This document shows, one piece after another, positions 56,172 through 64,000 of a stretch of DNA of 64,000 bases (its first letter is position 1; each line of letters begins with the position of its first letter). The notes under the pieces are model-generated. The model saw only the letters and a program-made list of their open reading frames with translations, was not told where the DNA came from and ran no database searches. The stretch is from Verrucomicrobiota bacterium (GTDB lineage Bacteria; Verrucomicrobiota; Verrucomicrobiia; Limisphaerales; SIBE01): contig VHDE01000004.1 of the NCBI GenBank assembly GCA_016871515.1, forward strand, positions 386 to 64,385. The letters run 5' to 3'. Both the position numbers and the translations under genes were made by a program.

Positions 56172-56654
56172 TTAGCAGCTCGTCGGGACTTCCTGGAGAA
56201 CTTCAATGCAATGCGGGATCGCGCCGACGACAAAGCCGAGGCATTCCACGGCGCCGCTCGGTTTGCCCGGCAGACAGATCACGAGCGACTTATCGACGAC
56301 GACGGCCAAGTTGCGTGACAGGATCGCGTTCTGGGTGATCTTCATCGATTCGGAGCGCATGACTTCGCCGAAGCCCGGCAGTTCGCGGACGGCGATCTCG
56401 CGCACGGCTTCGGGCGTCACATCGCGCAAAGCGACGCCGGTCCCGCCCGTCGTCAGAATCAGTTCGCAACCTTTGCCGATCTGCTCGCGTATAGCTCGTT
56501 GGATCTCGCGTTTTTCATCGGGCACTAGCGTTTCAGTCAGGACTTTCCAGCCATAACCTTGCGCAGCTTTCTGAAGTGCCGGCCCTCCCAGATCGTCGTA
56601 CTCACCGCGCGAGGCGCGGTCTGAAATCGTAATGATGCCAACTTGAATTTGCAT
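56172..56654 (-). CDS. MogA/MoaB-family molybdopterin adenylyltransferase
   Basis: Start at ATG 56654: MQIQVGIITISDRASRGEYDDLGGP..LILTTGGTGVALRDVTPEA..LPGKPSGAVE. Confidence 0.85.
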   Translation of the reverse strand: MQIQVGIITISDRASRGEYDDLGGPALQKAAQGYGWKVLTETLVPDEKREIQRAIREQIGKGCELILTTGGTGVALRDVTPEAVREIAVRELPGFGEVMRSESMKITQNAILSRNLAVVVDKSLVICLPGKPSGAVECLGFVVGAIPHCIEVLQEVPTSC

Positions 56655-56672
56655 AATTCGACTGCCTGTCAA

Positions 56673-57125
56673 CTATTTCTTCGTTTTCGAGACCAGCTTG
56701 ATATTCGTAATTCGCATCTTCTTATCCACGGCCTTGCACATATCGTAAATAGTCAGGGCGGCGACGCCGACGGCGGTCAGCGCTTCCATCTCGACGCCGG
56801 TTTGGGCGGCCACTTTGGCGGAGGCCGTGATGACGATCCGATCGTTCGTTTTTGGAATTGCGAAGTTCACCTCGCAATGCGTGATCGGCAGCGGATGACA
56901 GAGCGGAATGAGTTCCCCTGTTCTCTTCGCCGCCATAATTCCCGCCAATCGCGCCGTCGCGAGCACGTTTCCTTTGGCGACGGCTTGCGATTGAATCAGT
57001 TCGATGGTCGCTTTTTGCAACTTGATTTCACCGCTAGCCACAGCTTCACGCAATTGGATGACCTTCGCCGATACATCCACCATGCTCGCTTCCCCACTGC
57101 GATTTATATGCGTAAGCCCTTTCAT
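56673..57125 (-). CDS. moaC: Cyclic pyranopterin monophosphate synthase MoaC
   Basis: Start at ATG 57125: MKGLTHINRSGEASMVDVSAK..KGNVLATARLAGIMAAKRTGELIPLCHPL..TGVEMEALTAVGVAALTIYDMCKA. Confidence 0.9.
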   Translation of the reverse strand: MKGLTHINRSGEASMVDVSAKVIQLREAVASGEIKLQKATIELIQSQAVAKGNVLATARLAGIMAAKRTGELIPLCHPLPITHCEVNFAIPKTNDRIVITASAKVAAQTGVEMEALTAVGVAALTIYDMCKAVDKKMRITNIKLVSKTKK

Positions 57126-57259
57126 GAGCGCAAAGCATGGATGAAAATCATTCTTTCTGCCAAGGAAGATTCGGGACGAGGCATTGGAGGCGCTCGACTC
57201 AAGCGATCCGTTCTGATTCAAATTATTTGTCCGGTTTCGCATTTGGCGGCTTCTAAGGT

Positions 57260-58771
57260 ATGAAAATGGCCATGACGACGGATGGATCGTTACTGAAGCA
57301 ATATGTCGAGCAAGGTTGCGAACAAGCCTTTCGCGATGTCGTGACGCGGCACATCGACGTCGTTCATTCGGTGGCCGCGCGAATCGTCAATGGCGACGCG
57401 CAACTAGCCAAAGACGTTACGCAGACCGTTTTCGTCGATCTCGCGCGCAAGGCTCGCCGGTTGCCAAATAACGTGGTTCTTGGAGGGTGGCTTTACCGGC
57501 ACACGTGTTTTGTGGCAGCGCAGGCGGTTCGAACCGAACGGCGCCGAAAGGCCCGCGAACAAAAGGCTGTGGAAATGAGTTCGCAGAATGAATCTACAGG
57601 TTCCGCCTGGGACGAGGTCGCGCCCTTTCTAAATGAAGCTATTCAACAGTTGCCGGTTTCGGACCGCGATGCCGTCATCTTGCGCTACTTCAATCAATAT
57701 GATCTGCGGACGGTAGGAACGTCTTTGGGCACAACCGAGGAAGCGGCGCGCAAGCGCATCACACGAGCGCTCGACAGGCTGAGAGACCTTCTCACACGCC
57801 GTGGTCTGACACTCTCAACCGCTGCTCTAGCTTCGATGCTCAGTCAGCAGGCTGTCTCATCCGCTCCTGCTGGTTTAGCAGCAATTGTGGCGGGACCAGC
57901 CATCGCTGCGGGAGCGACCGTGTGTGGTCTGGCAATGAACCTATTGGGAATTATGACGACAAAACTCAAACTTGGCGCAATCGGCGCTGTTCTCGCCGTC
58001 GGTGTGGCAACTCCAGTCCTCATCCAATATCAGGCACTCTCTCGCGAGCGCGAACAGAAGTTGGCAGCCGTGAGCGCGATGGCAACACTTCAGGAGATCA
58101 CCGGATCATTGTCCAATCGTTTGGAATTGGAGAGCCAAAGGTTGTCTCTCGAGCAAGACCAAAAGCAGGAACTGATGAGGCTTCGCGATCGGGTCGGATC
58201 TCTGCGCAACGTGACGAACGATTTGTCGCAGCAAATCAGCACTCTGCGCCAAACCAACACAACAGCCACTCAGAATCTATCCTCGGAACCATCTGTCCAA
58301 GCGGGACGGACTTTCGAAGTGAATCAATACTTTCCTGCGGAGGGATGGATCGACGCTGGCTTTCAGTCGCACGCCGCCGCAGTCCAAACGTTTCTGTGGG
58401 CCGGACATTCTGCTAATGCGCAGCGTTTGATGGATGCCATGCAAATTCCCGAACCACAACGAAAGCAGGTAGAAGCCCGGTGGAAAGAGGTCGGTTTCAA
58501 CTCGTTCCCATTCTCAGGCGCAAAAGGAGTGAAGGTATTCGCAGTCGAGGAAAGCCCGCCCAATGCGCCGATCTCTGAAACCATCAGTGATGGCGCAAAG
58601 CGAGTCGTCTCCGGAAAGGCAAATTACATCTGTGATTTCAACTGGGGTGATGGCCAACCCGGGCGTCGTATTCATTTCGAAGTTGAACAGGTCGGGAACG
58701 ACTGGAAACTCCGCGGGAACAGCCAGGTCGAAGATCTGCCGACGCCGGGACAATCCGATTCCCGAAAATGA
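57260..58771 (+). CDS. ECF-type sigma-70 factor fused to a transmembrane segment, a coiled coil and a ~150-aa C-terminal domain
   Basis: Region 2: AFRDVVTRHIDVVHSVAARIV..AKDVTQTVFVDLARKA. Region 4: LPVSDRDAVILRYFNQYDLRTVGTSLGTTEEAARKRITRALDRLR. TM: LAAIVAGPAIAAGATVCGLAM and LGAIGAVLAVGVATPVLI. These are followed by a coiled coil and a C-terminal domain of unknown family. Confidence 0.85.
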   Translation: MKMAMTTDGSLLKQYVEQGCEQAFRDVVTRHIDVVHSVAARIVNGDAQLAKDVTQTVFVDLARKARRLPNNVVLGGWLYRHTCFVAAQAVRTERRRKAREQKAVEMSSQNESTGSAWDEVAPFLNEAIQQLPVSDRDAVILRYFNQYDLRTVGTSLGTTEEAARKRITRALDRLRDLLTRRGLTLSTAALASMLSQQAVSSAPAGLAAIVAGPAIAAGATVCGLAMNLLGIMTTKLKLGAIGAVLAVGVATPVLIQYQALSREREQKLAAVSAMATLQEITGSLSNRLELESQRLSLEQDQKQELMRLRDRVGSLRNVTNDLSQQISTLRQTNTTATQNLSSEPSVQAGRTFEVNQYFPAEGWIDAGFQSHAAAVQTFLWAGHSANAQRLMDAMQIPEPQRKQVEARWKEVGFNSFPFSGAKGVKVFAVEESPPNAPISETISDGAKRVVSGKANYICDFNWGDGQPGRRIHFEVEQVGNDWKLRGNSQVEDLPTPGQSDSRK

Positions 58772-58851
58772 TTGAGTCTTTAACGTCAGGAGGATCGGAT
58801 CAATACGCGAACCCATCGAACCGTGGCAATGTCAAGTGTCTCGCGCTCCAT

Positions 58852-59610
58852 CTAAATGGACCGCATCCACTCCGAAATCGTCGCTCGCATTTGATCGGCG
58901 CCGTTGAGCTTCGGTTTCACGAATTTGGGCGTGAACCATGGGAACGTGCCCAGCAAATCGTGCGTCACAAGAATTTGCCCGTCGCAATCTGGACCGGATC
59001 CGATGCCAATTGTTGGAATCGCTATTCGCTCCGTGATTTCCTTGGCGACGGACGCAATGACGGTTTCGAGAACCACCGCAAAAGCGCCGGCCTCGGCCAG
59101 CGCCTGCGCATCGGCTAACAACGCGTCGTGCTCGGATTCGGTCTTTCCTTTGCGCCGATAACCGCCTTCCTCCTTTACGTGTTGCGGCAGCATGCCGAGA
59201 TGACCGCAATACGGGATTCCGGCCGCTAGAATCGCCCGCACCTGATTGAGGATAGCGCGTCCGCCTTCCGCTTTGACCGCTTCCGCACCCGCCGCGATCA
59301 GGCGCTTGGCGTTTGCTACCGCAAGTTCCGGCGAGTCATAGCTTCGATAAGAAAGATCCGCTGTGAGCAAACCGCGCGGTTGGGCGCGTGCCACGGCGCG
59401 AACGTGATGTTCCATTTCAGCCATGGTGACATGCGTGGTATCGGGATAACCCAATACGATCATTCCCAGCGTGTCGCCAACGTGAATGAATGGAATGCCC
59501 GCTTCGTCCAGCAACTTCGTCATCGGAAAGTCATACGCCGTCAACGCTGGGATGCGCGCTCGTCCTTTCATGGCTCGAATCATATCCGCGGTTACCTTCA
59601 GCAAGCTCAT
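58852..59610 (-). CDS. panB: 3-methyl-2-oxobutanoate hydroxymethyltransferase PanB
   Basis: Start at ATG 59610: MSLLKVTADMIRAMKGRARIPALTAYDF..HVGDTLGMIVLGY..VKAEGG..CGHLGMLPQ..IPTIGIGSGPDCDGQILV. Confidence 0.9.
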   Translation of the reverse strand: MSLLKVTADMIRAMKGRARIPALTAYDFPMTKLLDEAGIPFIHVGDTLGMIVLGYPDTTHVTMAEMEHHVRAVARAQPRGLLTADLSYRSYDSPELAVANAKRLIAAGAEAVKAEGGRAILNQVRAILAAGIPYCGHLGMLPQHVKEEGGYRRKGKTESEHDALLADAQALAEAGAFAVVLETVIASVAKEITERIAIPTIGIGSGPDCDGQILVTHDLLGTFPWFTPKFVKPKLNGADQMRATISEWMRSI

Positions 59611-59715
59611 GAGACAACGATTGCGTTCGCTGCTCTCCGCGACAAGTGGGAAATATGAGTCGGACAAGCGCTCATTGAGAGCCTCGACGCCTTTTTGGCG
59701 CGCATGGGGCCATAA

Positions 59716-59793
59716 ATGTCATAGGGGCGGGGACGGCCCGTCCCCGGTGCGGTAGCGTCGGAATACGGGGACAGGCTGTCCCCGCCCCTATGA
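59716..59793. repeat. Family F repeat F2 (inverted relative to F1)
   Basis: TCATAGGGGCGGGGACGGCCCGTCCCCGGTGCGGTAGCGTCGGAATACGGGGACAGGCTGTCCCCGCCCCTATGA. Confidence 0.9.
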
Positions 59794-59861
59794 CGTTCAT
59801 GGAGAGCCTTTCCTTTGGATTGCCGTGTTGGCGGTCGGTGCCCGCGACACTGAGATCGCCG

Positions 59862-61121
59862 TCATTTCGGCAACGGTCTTCCTTTGGTCTCCGGGGCAAA
59901 CCAAATGAGCACGAGGCCGAGCGCATAGATCAACGTAATCGAAGCACCGGCCTTGGCGTAACTGCCTCCATAATGCTGCATCAAGCTCCCCATCTGTAGC
60001 GCGCCGACTGCGGCGAGGATGCGCCCGAAGTTATAACTCAACCCCTGTCCAGTTGCTCGAACGTTCGTAGGAAACAGTTCCGGCAGATATAAGGGGAACC
60101 AACCATAGAAAGCAGCCGTAACGCACCCGACGGCCCCAACCGTGATCAAAAACAGCGCGCCATATTCCGAGATGGTCCGAAACAGGAGAGCGCAGAGCAC
60201 CAATGAAACCAAGCAGAAGCTGAAATAGGCCGGACGCCGCCCCATTCGATTCCCGATCCATGGGCCAATGAAACAGCCAATCACGGCGCCGACGGACGAG
60301 AGGATCTGCGTGTTTGCCTTGGCGTCAGGCACGGCGCCGCCAGTCATTTTGTCAGCCCACAATGGAAGCCATTGAACTGAACCCCAGGTTCCAATGAGCG
60401 CGATCGAAGCAAAGGCGATTGACAGCAACGTCACACGGATTAGCGCAGGTGAAAAGATTTCCCGCACTGGCCGAGATGGGCCGCCTTTGATCGATTCCTT
60501 CCAGCGCTCCGATTCGGGAACAAATAGCCTGATGAAAAACGTGAGCAGCGCCGGAACGGCGCCTGCGAGCATCACCCAACGCCACGATTCGCGAGTGACC
60601 GGAATGAATTTTCCGAGAACCGCGATCAGAAGAAAACCGACATTCGCCGCCGCACCAATTACTCCGGCCAAGATGGGCCGATGTTTCTCAGGCCAGCATT
60701 CCATCACCAGAGCCACTCCTAAGGCCCATTCGCCGCCCATCCCTAAAGCGGCAATAAACCGCAAAACACCAAGGTGCCATGGCGCGGTCGCGAAATAACA
60801 GAGCCCCGTAAAGATTGAATAAGCAAGAATGCTCAGCGACATCGCCCGCACGCGTCCAATGCGATCACCAAGCCAGCCAAACACCAATCCGCCGCATGCG
60901 GCGCCTACGAGAAAAAGAGCGGTGATACGCCCCATCCACAGTCCAACGAGTTGGTCGTCTGTGACTCCCATGAGGTTTTGCAACGCCGGCCGGGCAGCGA
61001 GCGGGAATATCCCCATCTCCAAACCGTCAAACATCCAGCCCAGAAAGGCTGCGATCAAAACCATCCATTGTCCTCTCGAACGAGAAACTTCGGCGCGTCC
61101 GGCGTTTAGTGTCTTTTCCAT
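59862..61121 (-). CDS. MFS transporter
   Basis: Start probably ATG 61121 (MEKTLNAGR..). WMFDGLEMGIFPLAARP, GWLGDRIGRVRAMSLSIL (MFS signature G-x-x-x-D-R-x-G-R), 12 predicted TM-like segments. Confidence 0.85.
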   Translation of the reverse strand: MEKTLNAGRAEVSRSRGQWMVLIAAFLGWMFDGLEMGIFPLAARPALQNLMGVTDDQLVGLWMGRITALFLVGAACGGLVFGWLGDRIGRVRAMSLSILAYSIFTGLCYFATAPWHLGVLRFIAALGMGGEWALGVALVMECWPEKHRPILAGVIGAAANVGFLLIAVLGKFIPVTRESWRWVMLAGAVPALLTFFIRLFVPESERWKESIKGGPSRPVREIFSPALIRVTLLSIAFASIALIGTWGSVQWLPLWADKMTGGAVPDAKANTQILSSVGAVIGCFIGPWIGNRMGRRPAYFSFCLVSLVLCALLFRTISEYGALFLITVGAVGCVTAAFYGWFPLYLPELFPTNVRATGQGLSYNFGRILAAVGALQMGSLMQHYGGSYAKAGASITLIYALGLVLIWFAPETKGRPLPK

Positions 61122-61221
61122 TGAGCTTGCGTGGCCGAATCCTAACGCAAGCATGCTTTCGAAAGCTACAGGAAATCACATTTACCGCTCTCGCAAGTGT
61201 TGATTGGGCTAGGCGCCACAT

Positions 61222-61446
61222 TCACCGTCCCGAGCCAACTTCCCATTTCTTTTCGCCTTTGATCGAAGCAAGGTCGTCCTCGATCTCATTAATGCGTTCG
61301 ACGATCTCATTGATTTTGAGAATCAACTCTCGATGTCCTGTGCTCAGGGTTAACGACCGAATCTTGGTGGCGTCTAATCGCTTCAGCTTGTCTCTCATGA
61401 GCAAGAATATTCCCTCGGAGGTCGTCTTGCCCCGGATCGCTTCCAT
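61222..61446 (-). CDS. Small hypothetical coiled-coil protein (74 aa)
   Basis: Locally lower-GC ORF, LILKINEIVERINEIEDDLASIKGEKK. No family recognised; may not be real. Confidence 0.3.
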   Translation of the reverse strand: MEAIRGKTTSEGIFLLMRDKLKRLDATKIRSLTLSTGHRELILKINEIVERINEIEDDLASIKGEKKWEVGSGR

Positions 61447-61685
61447 TAAACTCTCGTAGAGGAAAACGGAAGCAAGACGGCATCGCGGGTCTTCCTATCA
61501 TTGCCAGGCGCATCTACAAGTTGTCGGTCAGGAGCCCGGGTGCCTTTGCCGTAACGCAATACACGTCACATCCTGGGCATCCGTGCTCCGATGTTTCATG
61601 ATTTCCGACGACAACTGGTGGATGCACTGTGTCGTTACTGCGCTGCGGCAAGTGCGTCGCGGCCTGCCGAAAGACGCCCATACTA

Positions 61686-62426
61686 TCAGGCCTGGTGGCT
61701 CGTCACCGCGTAATTGATGCTCATCATGCCGCCCATCAGATTGATGATGCGGACTTGCTTGCAATTCAGTTCTTCCAGCGCCTTGGCCACGCCGCGTTGG
61801 GCTGGATATTGTTTCAGTGATTCCCAAATGTAAGCGTACGATTCGGCGTCACCGCAAAAAAGGCGGCCAAACCATGGAACGACGCATCTTAGATAGGCAA
61901 AGTACAGACCTCGCCAAAGCGCATTGTCAGGCTTGCCAAAATCGAGAACAAGCAGACGCCCTTGAGGACGCGCAACCCGGCATATCTCGGCCAATCCCGC
62001 GCGAAAGTCGGCTAGATTCCGCAATCCGTACCCGACCGTCACCACGTCGAATTGAGAGTCTGAAAACGGCAGCCGAAGAGCGTCGCCTCGGATGAAGAAC
62101 ACAACATTTTCGCCATTAGAGATGATTCCGGCGTTGGCTCTCCTCTGCCTGGCCACATTTAGCATGGACTTGCTGAAATCCAGGCCGCTCACGATCGCGC
62201 CGCGTTGGGCCATCGCAAGCGCGAGGTCACCCGTTCCGCAGCAGACGTCAAGCGCGCGCTCCCCTTGCTTAAGACAGGCGAGCCGGAGGAGCCGCTCTTT
62301 CCAATATCGGTGCAGTCCGAAGCTTTGGAGATCGTTGATCAGGTCGTACCGAGGCGCGATGGCCGCAAAAAGATCGCGGACCTTGTCGGCGCGCTGTTCG
62401 CCGGCTGCGTAAAACTTGTTCGCCAT
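61686..62426 (-). CDS. ubiE: Demethylmenaquinone / ubiquinone biosynthesis C-methyltransferase UbiE/MenG
   Basis: VRDLFAAIAPRYDLINDLQSFGLHRYWK; SAM motif LDVCCGTGDLA; VTVGYGLRNL; LVLDFGKP; NLMGGMMSINY. Confidence 0.9.
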   Translation of the reverse strand: MANKFYAAGEQRADKVRDLFAAIAPRYDLINDLQSFGLHRYWKERLLRLACLKQGERALDVCCGTGDLALAMAQRGAIVSGLDFSKSMLNVARQRRANAGIISNGENVVFFIRGDALRLPFSDSQFDVVTVGYGLRNLADFRAGLAEICRVARPQGRLLVLDFGKPDNALWRGLYFAYLRCVVPWFGRLFCGDAESYAYIWESLKQYPAQRGVAKALEELNCKQVRIINLMGGMMSINYAVTSHQA

Positions 62427-62607
62427 GGACGCAAGACGCTACCATAGGCGGTAAAGGCTGGCCAATCTGACAAAGCAATTGGTGGCTGGTGACGGGATAA
62501 GTCTCATTACGGGAGCGCGGACCGCCGAGTCCGCGTGCGGCACGGTTGAAAGAAGCTACGCGCGGACTCAGCGGTCCGCGCTCCACAATGAGATGGCGAT
62601 GGGGATA

Positions 62608-63405
62608 CTACTCCCCGAACTCGAGATACCCAAACCGGCTCGGCTCATGGAAACTTGGGTACATCGTCGGCGACCAACTCAATAGCTCGGGCGACTGGCC
62701 CTTGGCACGGTTGAAGCGATAAAAATTTGCCCGCCAAACTTCCTTGGGCTCAGGGGTCGGTTGACTAAGATCGGCGAACGGCACCATTACTTCGACGTGC
62801 CAGTATTCGTCCTTGTCATTTGAATTGCTGGTCGTCCCTTTGAGTTTGACGGCGCTCTTCATCCCTTTAGCGGTGTAACCCCATTCGCCGTTGAATTTCT
62901 TGGAAACGCCGCGTTCGTCGAGGTCGTTATCAATAATCGCGTCGAAAACGCCACCCAGCGGATTCCATTGCAGTTCGAAGTATTGCTTCAAATCTTTCGC
63001 GGTGACAAAGAATTCAGCGACTTCTTCCTCCCAGAATTTGCTGTCGCGCTCGGTAAAAGTAGCTTGCACATCGGCGTCCTGGCATTTCCAACTCATGTAA
63101 AGCGCCTTGTCGTCGTACCAGAGCCGCACCTCGGTATTTTCCCGTTCGCGTCCCGAGCCGTCGTTTTTGAAAAATGGATTGAGTACAGCCGCCTTAGCCC
63201 AAACCGGTTCGCGCAAATCCCCGTCGATTTCAAGGTTGCCTTGAAGTTTGGGGATCACGATCCGCTTCGGAGCTGGAAGTGTTTTGGGATCGGTCTGTTT
63301 GTCCGCCGCGAACAAAAGAATTACACCGGCCAACCCGATGGTGACGAGTGCGATTGCCGATGATCGAAGGAACGAAGATTGGAAAATGGGTTTGAGAGCT
63401 TTCAT
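62608..63405 (-). CDS. Carbohydrate-binding family 9-like (CBM9/DOMON-like) membrane-anchored protein
   Basis: Start at ATG 63405 (MKALKPIFQSSFLRSSAIALVTIGLAGVILLF). LEIDGDLREPVWAKAA, LWYDDKALYMSWKCQD, FWEEEVAEFFV, YFELQWNPLG, WHVEVMVPF. Confidence 0.65.
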   Translation of the reverse strand: MKALKPIFQSSFLRSSAIALVTIGLAGVILLFAADKQTDPKTLPAPKRIVIPKLQGNLEIDGDLREPVWAKAAVLNPFFKNDGSGRERENTEVRLWYDDKALYMSWKCQDADVQATFTERDSKFWEEEVAEFFVTAKDLKQYFELQWNPLGGVFDAIIDNDLDERGVSKKFNGEWGYTAKGMKSAVKLKGTTSNSNDKDEYWHVEVMVPFADLSQPTPEPKEVWRANFYRFNRAKGQSPELLSWSPTMYPSFHEPSRFGYLEFGE

Positions 63406-63468
63406 GGAAAAAGATGCTAATCGCCCCCCAAGCGATAGCAAGCCACTTGACTAAATCGAAACAGACAA

Positions 63469-63541
63469 GGAGCGCGGATGCCCACATCCGCGACATAACC
63501 GGTGCAACGAACTGCGCGGATGTGGGCATCCGCGCTCCGAT
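63469..63541. repeat. Family B hairpin B3
   Basis: GGAGCGCGGATGCCCACATCCGCG - loop - CGCGGATGTGGGCATCCGCGCTCCGAT. A half-site is also present at 61568-61593. Confidence 0.9.
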
Positions 63542-64000
63542 GACCGCACGAGAGACTGTCCCAATCCCACTTGTTTTGATTTAGCACCTGCGATGGGGCG
63601 ATTAGGAAAGCTATTCGCTTCGATCAAATCCGCTTCAAACGTATCGGGGGGGACTTTACCAGGCCGTCGATCAACCGTATCGGTTAGGACTCAAATTCAG
63701 AACAATGCGCACGCTGACAAGAATATCGACAGCTTTGACTCTGTTTCGCTCACGTTGTCTATCGCTGAAGTGCTTTGCCTTTCGCCAGTTCTCTCTCTTT
63801 CAGCTGATGGCCGCGGCCGCCTGTCCGTTTAGCTTCGGCGCCAGCACGTTTGAGCTCGGTGCGTTCGGTCATCGGGTGCACGCCGGAATTGGCCAAGCGC
63901 TGCTCACGATCAACCGAGTGCGCGACATCTCTGGATCAGCGTCATGTTTAGCGCCTGCGTCTCCAGTCAGTTGAGCGGATCAGCCCTTGCAAGATTGACC

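Noticed and set aside
57126-57259. Possible Moco riboswitch in the 134-nt leader of the moaC-mog operon
   Set aside because: The location is right and a GCCUCC..GAAAG-like stretch exists. However, I cannot match the conserved Moco-motif helices by eye. A covariance-model scan (Rfam Moco_RNA_motif) is needed, so it is not reported as a feature.
63762-63880. Small minus-strand ORF (..MTERTELKRAGAEAKRTGGRGHQLKERELAKGKALQR*)
   Set aside because: Under 40 codons from any start and no recognisable family. It could be a small basic protein, but the evidence is insufficient.

Overview
GC-rich 64-kb chromosomal segment, most consistent with a PVC-superphylum bacterium, probably Verrucomicrobiota. This is an inference from gene content: a PSCyt/DUF1549/DUF1553 gene next to a DUF1501 gene, two giant PVC-type heme-binding CxxCH/HEAT 'membrane-bound dehydrogenase' proteins, a PQQ quinohemoprotein and a membrane-tethered ECF sigma factor. 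I can support about 45 protein-coding genes or gene relics. I recognised no rRNA, tRNA or CRISPR array. Housekeeping genes (moaC, mog-like, panB, ubiE) lie in the right third. The left 7.5 kb looks like an accessory/decay island. It holds an IS66-family transposase that the ORF track misses because it runs off the left edge, translationally coupled to a DUF4338 (DruA-like) ORF. It also holds a MazEF-like and a HicBA toxin-antitoxin pair, an OmpR-type response regulator with a broken wHTH, and an N-terminally truncated, frameshifted hybrid histidine kinase. The most striking sequence-level feature is that almost every intergenic region is filled with modular palindromic repeats: at least 10 families, several forming 70-320 bp foldbacks. 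Two copies sit in frame inside coding sequence, and there is a decayed IS200/RAYT-like Y1 transposase. Genes next to repeats are unusually often frameshifted, truncated or internally deleted (purple-acid-phosphatase-like, DUF1501, FGE-like, TPR, LamG-like, SBBP-like relic). I did not find a complete known defence system. The novelty candidates are the DUF4338-IS66 module, the repeat/RAYT system and its coding-sequence insertions, a 316-bp nested foldback, a solitary SWIM-SNF2 helicase, a PDZ-inserted pseudo-HtrA paralog and a membrane-anchored ECF sigma. Caveat: the frameshifts could be assembly errors, and all family assignments come from motif recognition by eye, not searches.
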